Positions 11,290 through 24,974 of a stretch of 64,000 bases of DNA are shown here, one piece after another. Each line of letters starts with the position of its first letter. Within the stretch, counting starts at the first letter, position 1. The stretch is taken from positions 20,522,001 through 20,586,000 of the forward strand of contig JAQFVV010000004.1 in the NCBI GenBank assembly GCA_028023455.1, read 5' to 3'. The notes under the pieces are model-generated. The model did no database searches and was not told the origin of the DNA. It was given only the letters and a program-made list of their open reading frames with translations. A program made the translations under genes and the position numbers. The DNA is from Epiperipatus broadwayi (Eukaryota > Animalia > Onychophora).

Positions 11290-14200
11290 GATATGGAAGC
11301 ATGACTATGTGTTTAATTTCCTATTCTATGAGAAATTCTTCAAATTTAGTGGATGTGAAACTGGTACCATTGTCAGACACAACTGTTTCAAGAATCCCAT
11401 GGAAAGCAAAAATTTCCTTCAGTTTTGTGATTGTTTCTTCGGTACTGGTGTTTTTCACTACTCTATATTCTGTCCACTTTGAATAAGCATTGATCACTAC
11501 CAAAAATATGAAGTCGTGATAATCCAGCATGGTCGACGTAAATTCGGCTCTACATTCTTTCAGCTGCCGGCCAAGCAGCATATTTTTTTCTTGCATATTT
11601 GCATTTATTTGGTAACTTTCGCATTTCACATATTTCTCTGTTGATATTAATTGTGGGCCACCATATATAACTGCGAGCCAGAGCTTTGGCCTACACTATC
11701 CCATGATGACCTTGAGGAATCAAGTGAAGATTCTTACTCCGCCCACTGTTTGGTATCAACACTATCATCCATTAGTATGCATCCCTGGTTTATGGAGTCT
11801 TTGTCTTACATCCCATAAAGTTTTGTAGTCTCTCGGGCCGACTATTGGACCAGCCTTTGTTGATCCGTTTACTTAAGTATTTATATCCATGGTCCGCTTT
11901 AATCCAACTAGCTACCTTTTCACTGGTTATTAATTCATTGTTCCAATTATCGATGTAGTTCATGATTTGGTAGTCTTTTTGTAGTTCAGCTTTAATGGGC
12001 ATTCTTGACAGTGCGTCTGCGTATTTAATGACCTTTCCTTTTTTGAAATTTAGGTCAAAATCATAGCCTGACAACAGATTAACCCAACGTAACCTTCTAG
12101 GGCTTAGATGATCAAGGGCAGCTTTATTTTTGGTTAATAATCCCAACAGCAGTTTATGATTGGTAAAGATTTTAAACTGTCGACCATACAAATATTGGCG
12201 AAACTTTTTTATTGCAAATGTGATAGCCATCGCCTCTTTATCTAGTCAACTACAATTTTGCTCAGCTTTTGTTAATATTCTGGAAGTGTAGATGATTGGT
12301 CGCTCACCATCAGCTACTGTGTGGCTTAAGACTGCCCCTATTTCAACTTCGGACATGTATGTTGTCAATATCAGTTCGAGGCTACTGCTGTAATCTACTA
12401 ATAAGCTGTTCGACATTAATAATTATTTCGTGTCACAAAAAGCTTTTTCTTGGGGTTGATCCCAATGCCATTTTTGGCTCTTTTTTAATAAATTGTATAA
12501 TGGTTTTGCTATGTGAGCTTTTCCCTTAAGAAAATCTTCAAAATAATTAAGATGGCCAAAGAAGGCTTGAAGTTCCTTAACATTTCTGGGTATTCGGGCT
12601 TCCTTTATGGCTGCAATTTTTTGAGGGTCGGTCTCTTTTTTGAGATTGTGTCCCAGGAATTTTATTTCAGTTGCTATCCACATACATTTGTCTGTGCTTA
12701 TTTTAGCTCTGAAACTGTATAACTTGTTGCAAACTTTCAAAACTCATTCGTGTAGTTCCTCTTCTGAATTGGCCATGACCAAAATGTCATCAAAATACGG
12801 TGTTACATGATCCATTTGCTGGAACAGCATGTCGATTTTGGCCTGGAAAATGTTTGGTGTAACCAAAATTCCATAAGGCAACCTATTGTACTTAAAACAA
12901 TCCCTTATATGTAGTAATAGTTAGCAATTATGAGGTGCGTTCAGAAACTGGTATCTGATAAAACGCAGCATTCAAATCAATTTTAGTGTAGTGACTTGCC
13001 TTTTGCATATTTCCCTGACATTTGGTACAGGATACTAACTTTTAATAAGGTTTTTATTTATTGTGGTCCGATAATGTCCACCAAATGTGGATTTTCCCAT
13101 TTGGCTTAGATATTACCACGATTGGGGTGGCCCATTCTATTTTCTCTACTGGTGATAATACACATTTACTAACGAGATTTATTAACTCTTGTTCCACCTT
13201 AGTTTGCCATGCAAAAAGAACTTTTCTGGGTCTGCAAATAATGGGAATCACCCCACCTTGTAGCTCTATGTTTATAAGCATCATCATAATTTTGCCCTCA
13301 TCACTTTTAAATAACTCACTATATTTATTTCTCACTTCTTGCTCAATAGCAACCTTATTTATCACATATCTCTATTCCCAGAGCATAGAACCATTCCCTA
13401 CCTATAATAGGATTAAGATTGCCCTGTACTATATATAACAGTAGTGTTCAAACCTTACTATTTAATTCAATCTGAGCCATCACTTTCCCCAGTACCTTCA
13501 TACTATTTCTGTTAGCGTCTTTTGCTCTTAACATTGTTTTCATTAATAAAGGGAGATTTTTTCGATTTTGCACTACTTTCTCCCAGTCTTTGAGTGTCAT
13601 CATTGACATGCCTGCTCTGCTGTCAATTTCCATTTTCACTTATGTCTGTAATAATTTAACTGTCAGCATAAACTGATTTCCATATCCAATCTGTGTATTG
13701 TAAATATCACACTTTTTTTTTTTCAACTTTAAAAGTTAGTGAGCTACCGCAATCCTTTTCTCCTTTATTTTGACATACTTTCTGCAAATGCTCAACTTTA
13801 CCACAGGTCCTACAATGCTCCTTGTTATATCTACACTTACGTGCAATGTAGCTTTTTTTCCGCAGCAATAACACACTATTTTATTTGTTTTACTCTTAAC
13901 AGGTTGGGACTTATTTTCAGTTTTCCGAATATATGCGTTACTGTCATTTTTGTTGGCAAAATTTCTAAATTCTTTAGATTGGTCAAGTACAATTTCGTGG
14001 GCTACTCCCATTTTGGTTGCTTCCTCATATGTTAACTCTCTTGAGGCCAGTAACTGCTGCCTAAGCCTATCATATGATATACCCCAAAGTAATTATTCAA
14101 GCAGATTATCCTCTAAGGCGTCACCATAACTGCACCTTTTAGCAAGTTCTCTTAGCGCTTGATCGTAGTCTTGTATATGCTCTCTTGTTTTGCCTTCGGT

Positions 14201-14460
14201 TTCTAAAGTTAGTCTTGTGACATGCTTCGAAGGCTGGGGGCTGAAAAAATTTATTTAATTTCCCCATAATTATATTGTATGGCAAATTCTCTGGTTCTTT
14301 GTGATCACAGACTATTTTCTATTTCTATTACTTAGTGCCCGGCATAACATAATAACATGGCACTTTTATGGGGTCGCTTGTCGTACCATTAATCAAAAAG
14401 TTTCTCAATTCTCTTAAGGTAAATCGGCCAATCAAAAGGGTTATTAATGTTGAACTCATT
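11290..14460 (-). mobile_element. Decayed Ty3/Gypsy LTR retrotransposon internal region (gag-PR-RT-RNaseH-IN), integrase truncated
   Basis: In order on the minus strand: gag with CYCCGKK knuckle (~13870), protease MEIDS(R)AG (13639), RT EWATPIVV and YFDD, RNase H EAMAITFAIKKFRQYLYGRQF, integrase FLVVINAYSKW...VSDNGTSFTS. Confidence 0.95.
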
Positions 14461-14538
14461 GCTACTTGAGGCACTGATGTCATCATTTTCTATTTTACTT
14501 TTTTTTTTAAAAAATTTCTTTTCTATTCCATTATGAGA

Positions 14539-14620
14539 TTACTATTAACATGCTTACTAAAACAAATTACTATTAATACACTTACTAAAACAAATTACTA
14601 TTAATACACTTACTAAAACA
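14539..14620. repeat. 28-bp tandem repeat x3 (upstream of Gypsy gag)
   Basis: ttactattaa(ca/ta)(tg/ca)cttactaaaacaaa repeated. Confidence 0.9.
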
Positions 14621-16146
14621 TTTCTCAGACTATAATTCGATATTCACCCGGAATTCGATTATCAATTTCCTTGTTGCTTTTTCTACATTATACAATTCAA
14701 TCCGAATCCATTACCGTTTCAAATTTGAACCAGATTTTTCTACTGGAATGTATCCTGGCAATGACTGTGCCAGTTTTCTGCTGTGTACAGCCACTCACTC
14801 GGCTTAAAATCAGGTAAAATAGACAAGCAGAAACCAAATGATTAGATAAAATAGTTTAATTAGAATTATTAGTCAGATAGTTAATATTACATATATAAAC
14901 TAGAAGTTATCTTTAACTTACAATCGCTGGCCATGAAGACAAACGAAAAACAATATAGACCAGTGTGGCCTGCAAAGTTCCTAGGTCCACTTTTTCATCT
15001 TCAGTGGTGGAGTTCACTGGGTTTTTTTCTGTTGCTAAATTTACACACTCTTGACTTTCATGTGCAATCAATATGTCCCCTGCTGCAAGTGTTCTGTAGT
15101 TATTTTTTGTTCCCCTTTTATTCTTGATAAGGTTGCAGAATCCAATTAATTCTCAGCGATTGTCTACTTTTAGCACTCAGCACTTTTAATCTAGCTGCAT
15201 TAATTAGTTTCTAATCAGGAGCGCTTATCTTTAATACAACTGATCAGAAGCGTATCAAAATTTAAATTACAAAATTCCTTTCTTATTGTCTATTTCATTT
15301 AATAAAACTTATTAATTATTACATATGTATATAGCAATGATTTAAGAGATAATTTACTGTAAATAGCTACTTTTTATTCCTCCTATCTATATAGTTGTTC
15401 ATAGTAGTATATTGGATATTAAGACACTTATAAGTTTATTAATTGATTTTTATTTGTTTATAACAAAATAATTATATTTCTCATCTGACCAATTATTTAT
15501 ATTCCATATTTCAATAACTAATTTATTTTTTTGGACACAATAAAAGAAACAATTAAACTAAACTGCATTCAATCCCTATTTGTTTTGATCAAGATAATAC
15601 CAGAACAAGGCCGCCAAAATGAAAAACAATATTTGAAAATTAATTTTTGTCTAGGGGAACAAAGATAACTAATGGGTGACTATATACACGGAGTGACTAA
15701 AACAATTTTTTTTTTTAGTTGATAAATCTATAATAGTCATAGATAATGATCAAATAGAACATACATAAAAAACAAGTCTATGCAGATTCAATTATATTTC
15801 CTGATTGCTGCCCCCTCCATCTTTATACTATCACTAAATGACAAAATAAATAATCACCTTGGACTTCAGATGAGAAATAAACAAGTAATAAAATTATTAA
15901 TAACAATAACTTTAATTAATAAATAGAATAATAATTAAAAGTATTCAAACATTTATATTTAAAATTATATGAAGAGCACACATGAGAGGAAAAATCTTTG
16001 TAGCTTTATAATAATTCAAGAAAAGCTAATAGAAAGTTCAGTTAATTACTATGATATCTTTATGAACTCGCGTATATTTCTCTCTCTCTCTCTGTTAATG
16101 TAGATATATGGCCATTAAAAATCATTAATTTTAAATGGCTGCTAGC

Positions 16147-16210
16147 ATGAGGGTTTCCATTGTAATTTTCCTATGAGGGTTTCCATTATAATTTTCCTAT
16201 AAGAGTTTCT
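16147..16210. repeat. 27-bp tandem repeat, ~2.5 copies
   Basis: atgagggtttccatt(g/a)taattttcct repeated. Confidence 0.85.
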
Positions 16211-16599
16211 ACATTTAGAGCATTAAAATAAAGATTTACAAACTAATTCATAGAAGAATATTTCTATGTGATAATCAATTTAGATGACTAATTTTCTTCT
16301 TATAGCAAATAAGTATCACACATATTAAGCATTAGATAGTAATGACCAGATCAGCATGATCAAAGATAATTTGAAGGCATTCCTTTGTTTACAGCTCCAT
16401 AGTCAACTACATCATTGGAAAAACCAGAGAAGGTATTTTGGAGGTTTTTTACCCCAAGGACTGCATAGTTTTTTATTAAAAAATCATTATCATTTATAGT
16501 GACTTCTATTCAGTAAGCATACATTCAATTTTGTATACTCCATTTATTACCTTAAATTTTATTATATTGTTAAATTTTTTAAAAAGAAAAAAGGAGAAG

Positions 16600-18700
16600 G
16601 ATTTTTAATTTGTTGATATTAAATTTTTTATTAATCATATTGATAATTTCATTTATATTTTTTTACAATATTGTTGTTATAAGTTTTTACATCTATGCAT
16701 TTATCTTTGTTACATTTCTTTCTTTGTTATTATTTAAATTTTTCTTCTGACAATTTTATATTATCTTTTACAAACTTTATTGATAATTATTATTTTTAAG
16801 CTTAACTATTAACTCTACTTGCTTACTATAATCTTTCTTATTTGATTAATAATTTATAGCTCTATACACTTTTGAATAGATACTATTTATTTTATATTTT
16901 TTGTCCATATTTGAATTCCAATTTTATTTTTACATCTAATTTATTAATTTCTTCTAGAAAAAAGTCTATTTGCCTTTTGTTAAAAAATTAACATAGAATA
17001 ATCAACATATATTTTTATAAAAATTGGAGCATTTTTATTACTCATCATTAACACTTGTATATATATATTACATAACACTCCACTTTAATAATCCTTTTTA
17101 TTGTTTATAATAATCCTCTTTAAATTCAAATGTAATCTCTTTACAACAAATTTCCATAATTTCTATCAATTTTTAAATCAGTATTTTTATATCTATTAAT
17201 TGCTAATTCTATTACTTTTTCTAGATTAATATTGGTTTATATTGATATGACATCTATTTTTACCATCATTAAATTATAATTACTATATTGATCTATTTTT
17301 AATTTCTCTTATTAAATCTTTATCATTTTTAATGCAAGAACCACCATTGGTTATTAATATATTTTTAAAAAATATTATTCACTAGCCATTCTGATACTCT
17401 GTCAAAATATGTTTGTACCATTAATTGTTCGTCTTAGCAGGATTCCTTCTTTAAAAATTTTTGGAGCTCCATAAATTTTTGTTGCGACACAATCTTTGTT
17501 CCCTAAATATGAAATGTTTTCTCATCTATCAAACTATTGTTATATATTCCTTTTATCAATTCTTACACCTTTTTATTTTTTAATTTAGTATCACCTTTTT
17601 TAATTTTTATATAAAAAAAAATTTTTTTTTAATATGTCATTCATTTTTTCAATATATTTTTTTTTGTTTAATAAAACCAATTTATTACCTTTATCTGAAT
17701 TTGTAAAAAATAAATATGAGAAAGATATAGTTTTTATAAAATCAGTTAAAGGCAAAAAATTGGTTTTATTAAACAAAAAAAAAAATGAATGACATGTTAA
17801 AAGAAATAAATTTTATAAAAATTTGCATATTTAGAGAAAAAATTTATGGAGCACCAAAAATTTTTAAAGAAGGAATACTATTAAAACTAATAATTAATGG
17901 TACTAATTCATATTCTGACAAGAATATTGAAATGACTAGTGAATAATAATTTTCAAAAATATATCAATAACGATAGTAGTTCTTACATTAAAAATAATAA
18001 AGAATTGATAAAAAAAATTAAAGATAAAGTAGATCAATATAGACCAATATCAATGTAGAAAAAGTCATAAAATTAGTAATTAATAGGTATAAAAAATGAT
18101 GATAAACAAAGAATTCAATTTATATATAATTAACTCAACACAAATATGATAAAGAGATCGCCTATTTATTCATATTCATTCGAGACAGAACATAAATTTG
18201 AAAAATATAGTATAAAAATGATTAATTATAGTAATAACAGAAGAGATAGAAAAATTAAAAAAACTATCATAATTTAAAGTATTAGCTGTTTAAATAAATA
18301 TTTGGGTTTGAAAGCATTAATTTTATAAAAATATTCTGTATTAATTAAATGAATATATATAAGATGTAATTTTAAAAAATGTCTGTAGAGGGAGTTAGTA
18401 TAAAAATATTATGTAATTTAAAACTTGTTTCAATTAAAGTTGTTAATAGTTAAAGAATTACTAATTTTGAAAAAAATAGAAATATATAATTATAATTAAT
18501 GCATGATCAAAACTATAATGACTAATTAAAATAACAGAAATAAGTTAAATTATTAAAAAGTTATACAAATGTAAAATAATACATATATATTAAACATATA
18601 AAAGTTTATGCAAAAAAAAAAAAAAACTATCAAAAATAAGAATAAGATAAAGGATTAATATTTATAAAATTATTTAAAATGTATAAAAATATAGTTACTG
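16600..18700. mobile_element. ~2.1-kb foldback of two divergent, decayed Penelope-like RT sequences
   Basis: Spacer ~17710-17730. Both arms read outward as YGAPKIFKEGI(L)L..IN (Penelope YGLPKIHK..PLRPI). The left arm also has YKQ*KGL and IYVD remnants. Outer limits are approximate. Confidence 0.8.
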
Positions 18701-20242
18701 GATTCATTGAAAAAATTGTATTTTTTAAAATCTATAATATGGGATATTGTATTTATCTTTTATAACTATATATAAGTATGTATGTATAGAAAAGCACTAA
18801 TTGTATGGTTATATACATTTAAATATTGTAGCTCTGAAAATGACTGCTGGGCAGTTGAAACCATAAGCAAATATAAAGGAAAAAATTTTATTTTATAGAT
18901 TGCATTGTAAAGTGTTTAATTAAGGTGTAAATGGTATTATATATATATCAATGCATAATTAGAAGAAGTGGAAAGAAATTACAATTGTTCAGCTATGGTG
19001 GTTTAGACTTATTCAATCCTCATTTCTTTGCAGCTTTTGTTAGGCTAGTCTTCATATTGATTGCTAGATTCCATCTTAAACATGCTATCATCACTGTATT
19101 TATTTTATTAATAGTACTGTTACATACTTATTAAACTTTTTTTGACAATATTATCATTGCAAAGACTTGCTGAATGAATTCAATTTACTAACGTCAATGC
19201 TTTTTATTGAAGAAAATGTTAACACCTCTTTCTAACTCAATCTGTGCTCTTCAGACATATCTTATAATTATGATTATAGTTCATCTTGCTATGAATATGA
19301 GAATGCCATAAATTCTCAAAAGTGCTAAGCCATATTTAACTTATAGAAATAACAAGCTTCTCTATAGTTGAGTATAAATACACTTATTACATTTATTATA
19401 TCTTAATTTTGTTTAATCTATTGATTTTTTTTTATTACATCCTTTCTAGCAGATTGATTTAACTTCAAAATAAAACTTTTAATCATGCAAATACTTTATG
19501 AATTTAAAATATCTGACCATAAAAAAACATTAAAATTAGAATGTATGAAAGCTCTAAGCCCACAATACTCATGTGCCACTTTTTATCTTTAAAACAATAT
19601 GGATTGTATGATGAGAATTCACTTCTGATATAAGAAAGATCTTTATTAAAAAATGATTAGTGTAAACCGTTACAATGTATATGTAGATAAAAACTTTTTA
19701 TATTTTAATGATTAGATTCTTGCATTCTCCAATATTGCTAATCTTGTTAAGATATCTTAATCTGCATTTAAAAACTGTCTTACTCTTTTAATTGCTTGCC
19801 TTTCACTTGTTTGCAATATTTGATAGTTGTTTGATAGAATTCACAGCTAATTTAATTTTGATGATGTTTGAAATAAATAATTTTTGCTTTATCTATTCAT
19901 GGTAATTGCTGAAAACTGAACTTCTACAAATGAATAAATACTATCTTCATAAATATTTTTAAATTTAAATAATTTATTTTTATATTTGTAAAACATATAA
20001 AGTTTTATTAAAAACAAATACAAACATTTGGCAAACACTGGTGAGAAATATAAAGTAGCTCCATATTTCTCCCATGTTTTGATGTGTATACATGTTACAT
20101 GAGTAAAATATATTTTATTACAGAACACATTTGAACATAATTCTTTCTCAACTGTTAACAACAAATGAAATCTATACAATATATAACTCAAATATTTATA
20201 ACACTTCAGGCAACAGCATCTATTTCAGTTCCATTATGAGTT

Positions 20243-20303
20243 TCAAGCAGTAAAAATTGCAGCACTTGGGGCCATTAAACTAGTAACAACCTTTTCAAAG
20301 TTT
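20243..20303 (-). CDS. TRAPPC2L: TRAPPC2L last coding exon: (R)NFEKVVTSLMAPSAAIFTA*
   Basis: Acceptor tttttag at 20304-20305. Phase 2 completes the AGA codon begun by the previous exon. The sequence matches the ...SRAFDNMVTSMM C-terminus as I recall it. TGA at 20245-20243. Confidence 0.85.
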
Positions 20304-20854
20304 CTAAAAATAAACACAAGTATTACAATTAATTTAAAAATTCGAATTTAAGAATTATCTTTTTAATTAAAATTCAATTTATTGGAATTATAAGTTGTTT
20401 TATTTATGAATCAAATAAATAAAATGTATGATCACGTGCATTATAAAAGTAAAAAAAAAAAAGCTTCTACATGATTCATTACAAGGTAAAGGCTTCTCCA
20501 ACAGTCCATCATAGATGGAGAATGCAAAAAGAAAATATTACCTATTATTGAAGCCAACTGCCATGTGGTGAAAGACTAAGATATTTTTTGCTTTATATAT
20601 GAAATAAAAGATAATATTTAATAAAACTACAAACAAAAACAAACTGTCTTAACAATCAAATCACATCATTCAAAAAATTATGAAGACACAGACTATATTT
20701 GATTCATATATATTTGTAAATATAGATAATTTAATCAGAAGTTTCTGTAAACTTTTCTAGATAAATTTCAGATATGATATAACCACGCAATTAAAACTAG
20801 TATTTTCCTGAAGGTTTGTGATGATAGTGTTTTAATTGTATTTATATAGCCTTT

Positions 20855-21010
20855 GGCAGGATGGCTCAGTTGGTTACATTGTTACCTTAAAATTCAATAC
20901 TCAAGAATCTAAAGGTCCAGGTTCAATTCCCATGCTAGTATGGTCACTAGTCAGGCCAGCAACACCTGAAGAAGAGGGGAGAATAATACCTCTCGAAACA
21001 TTGTACATAT
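20855..21010 (+). mobile_element. tRNA-derived SINE head followed by a decayed HHR motif
   Basis: A box TGGCTCAGTTGG (20862-20873), B box GGTTCAATTCC (20920-20930), then CUGAAGA-A-GAGGGG..CCUCUC-GAAAC (20966-20999). Confidence 0.7.
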
Positions 21011-21949
21011 ACTAACCTGTGTGCTATTACTAACAGTTGAATGTATTTGAAATATTTAAATAAAATTAAATTTTTCTAAAGACATTCAATACTCATATTA
21101 AATGATGGAAATAGTCCAATATATAAATACAATTAAAACTAGCATTGTGAACTCAAATCCTACTTGGATGCCTGGTTACACAAAAACTGAAATCTATTTA
21201 GAAAATCTCATCAAATTATCAATATTTACATCTAAAACTCTGCAAAAATATTCTCGTAATTATTGTAATAATATTGTGATAAAAATAATGAATTATAACA
21301 GTGATAATATATTTTATACGTAACTATAATAAACCACAGAAGTACTTTCAGTTAAATTCTTAACCTTCTTCAAGTAGAAACCATTTTATTTGAAGAAGGA
21401 TAAGAAATTAACTGAAAAGTATCTCTTTGATTTGTTATAATTATTTATAAAATATATTAGCACCATTATAATTATTTTTATTGCAGTATTATATACATAT
21501 ATATAATTAGGAGCAGCACCTATTGTTTAATTTTATCTTCATTAATAATAATTATTTTAAACTAATATTTTTTTGAAAGACATTTTTATGATTAATTAGT
21601 AAGTGAGTATTTGTAGTTTGTATATATGCATGTGTATGGATAAAGTAATAGCCTTAAAAAGATCTATGCAGGAACAAAGTTCTTTCTAGCACATTACAAA
21701 TTATAAGGAAATTTTCTTTTGTTATTATAATTATTTATAAGATATAATTACAATTCATTCACCAGCATTAATTTTTATTTACCTTAATTTAAATTTCTTT
21801 TATTTAATAAGGCAGACTAAGTGCTCTCGCAATATCAAATAATTTTTATAATTAAGCTTTTCCTTATAAATAAATAAAAAAAAACTTCTAAATACAGGAG
21901 TAACAATTGTTTGCTAGATGCATATGTCTATTACCTCTAGCATTGAATG

Positions 21950-22420
21950 CTAGTCTTCACTGACAAAGACAAAAGTTAGAAACCAATCTGGATATAGGGA
22001 TTTTATAACACTACATAACTGGTGTTCAATGACTGCTTAAGAATTAATGACTGTAAAGGATAGTGAAAATAACTAACCATTCTTGGAAATATGAGTAAGC
22101 AGATAAAAAAGTCATGGCTTATTACTGTAACCTTTCTAACTAAGAATAGAAGGGTACCTAAAGTTGTCATAAAACTGAAGTCTTTAAAATACATGTCAGA
22201 TCTCTATATCTATGTAAGTGAATTAGCCTATGTTCAAAACCTTAGGTTTTTTTAAATTTTAATTTCATATTATTGGCTACATGAGAACATTAATTCCAGT
22301 TTTGAATTCTAGTCTCCACTGATGAAGGCAAAAGCCTGAAATCAGTCTGGAAATGAAAATTTTATAGTATTATATTATCTGGTATATATTGACTATTGTC
22401 TAAGAGTAAATATAATTATT
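21950..22420 (+). mobile_element. Two related HHR motifs in direct tandem, period ~359 nt
   Basis: ctagtct(t/c)cactga...caaaag...gaaa.ca.tctgga at 21950-21992 and 22309-22351. The ~50 nt downstream of each also align. Confidence 0.7.
22315..22351 (+). ncRNA. Minimal type I hammerhead ribozyme motif
   Basis: UCCA-CUGAUGA-AGGC aaaa GCCU-GAAA-UCA-GUC/UGGA. Stem I is 4 bp and stem II 4 bp. Confidence 0.72.
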
Positions 22421-24974
22421 CAAAAACAGGTCTGTTAACTATTATTTTTATATAATTTAACATAAATTTCATATGTATATTATTCGCTTGTATAACAGTA
22501 GACATTTTTTTGACTTGTGAACTCAGGGATATTACTAAGATCGCAATGCCAGATTTTGCACTTAAGAAAGTTTTATAATGTATTGTTATTGCGAATTTGG
22601 AAATTAAAATATTGTTTAAAATAGCTCCATGGCGGGAACAATTTTGCTAAGTATAAAAAAAATATGAAGATCTATCTTTAAGTAATAAAATGAAAGTAGT
22701 TTATTTAGTTACAAGTAAAATTAGTTGTATGCTGAACTGACCAGATATTCAATAAAAACAAATAATCAGTTTGTAAAATAATAATTTAAGAAAACCCACT
22801 AGGATTATTCAGTCCTGGAATTATTAATTACATCTTTATAATATGAGATAAAGATAATATCTGTAGATGGAGAACAGAAACAAAAAGTATGATCTGGTAA
22901 TCAAGTTTAAATAAAGAATTTAAGAAAAAGGTCAATGAAAAAGATATTAAGCTATTTACTGCAAATGATAATTATAGTTTCAAAAAACTTAAAAATAATG
23001 CTTTTCATAGCAAAACTTTGCACTTAGAATTTATTTTAAATAAAATGTTAATTTTTTAATTCTTAGTGCAAGTCCCATTATCTGTATAAACAAGTAGGAA
23101 TAAAATTTATAAGTTTATCACTGAGTAGGCTTTATATTTTTTGCTCTTCATTGTCACTTTTTATCACAAGAAAAAACTTGGATATTCATTTATTTGCTTT
23201 TTTGAAAAAAAGTAATCCAAGTGAACACATTCATATGTGTACATATCTAATCTGAGTATAGGACATACATATTTGAATTTGTTCTCTCTTCCCTTATTAT
23301 TCAACTATATTTTTCACAACTGCACTATTTATTTTTTAGTTAAATGCTTTTGTTATTGACTTAGTATGGGTAATTATTAAATTGATAGATATGTATAAGT
23401 AATCTTTCCCCACAACTGCATTTTCAATATACACAATTTCATTTAATCATGTTTCCAAAACAAAAATTTAAAAAATTAGAAATTAATAAAAATAATTTTA
23501 ATTTTTAGTATATAATGATCTACTGGATTGACTAATTGCAAAATATCACAAACAAATAGCCGATGCAATTTTTTTTCCCATAAAATAGCTTGAATTTTCT
23601 AACTTAATATTATTCAATTTTTCCAATTTATCAAATTTTTATCTAATAAAAATGGATACAAAAGTAGGTAAGTTTTATTTTTTGAAAGAGAAAAGAGAAC
23701 AAAAATATTCATTCTTTAACTGATTTACTTGCTTATTTATAAGGGAGATTAAGACTTTTTTTCTTATGTAAAATAAGATAGTTAACTTTATTAATTATAA
23801 AGTTGCTAATTATAATTAATAATATAATCATTACTATAGATGCATGTACATACTGTATATACATGATGAAAATATTTATACTATATATATAAATATTAAA
23901 ATACATTATATATGATCCATCACATCCATGAATTTTGTATCTGTGCCAAGATTTGGAACTAAATATTGCAATAAGAAGAAACTATAATATACGTTAAACA
24001 TCTTTATTGTACATGTGTTAAAAATTGTAAATAATAGCAAATGCTATGGCACATATTACTATTAAAATTCACATCTTTTATTTACAAAAAAGTTTGAAAT
24101 GCTTTAACTAATGGGTTTTTTTTACACAAAAAAGATATATAATTTCTCAGATTAAAATATTATTATATCTGATTAATTCTTTCAAAAAACAATTTTCAAG
24201 TAAAAACACAGAAATGATTTTTATTAGTTTAGGATTAAAAAATTTTTTTATTATAAGGCAGAATATAGCATCAAGAAAACAAAAACTTCACAATACAAAA
24301 AGATAAGAGATTTTTATTAGTGTGTAATTATGCTTTTAAAATATCAAATTTAAATTTTACTATGAATCAGAAAGTAAGAATTACAACGTATCAAAAAAAT
24401 TTTCCAAGCAAAAAAACAGAAGGTCTGAAATTAATGTCACTAAATCCACAATCTATGATTTTTTTATAAGCTTGTTACATTTTTATTCTTCGTTTTTAAA
24501 ATTTTGATTTTAGTTTTCATTTAAAATAAACTGTATAGCATATGTTGTAATTAATTTTATATATTTTTTTGCATTCATATTTTTGATTTTGTATTATATT
24601 TTTTTGTTAAATGGTTGTTTTGAATAACTTTTCTCTGTTCTGTAGGATGGAACAAATCATCTTTAAATACATATATTTTTATGGCAAGCAATAATAACCA
24701 AAAATTATAATGAATAACATTCTGGAATCAATTATTTACATTATACTACATCCTTCTATAAATATATAAATAAGAGGATTAACACAATCACTGTGAAGTG
24801 GCATTAGATGATACATTTAACAGCTATATGACAAATTGTCTTTATTGGCGTTGAACTTTTACACATTGCTAAACCACGAATCAGAAGAGATTAGAGCTTA
24901 CTTTATATAAAGCAATGCATTAATGATTATAAACTTCATCTATCACTTTCAAATAAATAACATTCTTTATACAA

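Noticed and set aside
14668-15240. Candidate Gypsy PBS (agcaacaagga) and 5' LTR
   Set aside because: No CA terminus next to the PBS-like motif and no second LTR for confirmation.
20855-20935. tRNA gene
   Set aside because: A and B boxes are present, but there is no acceptor stem or anticodon arm; treated as a SINE head.
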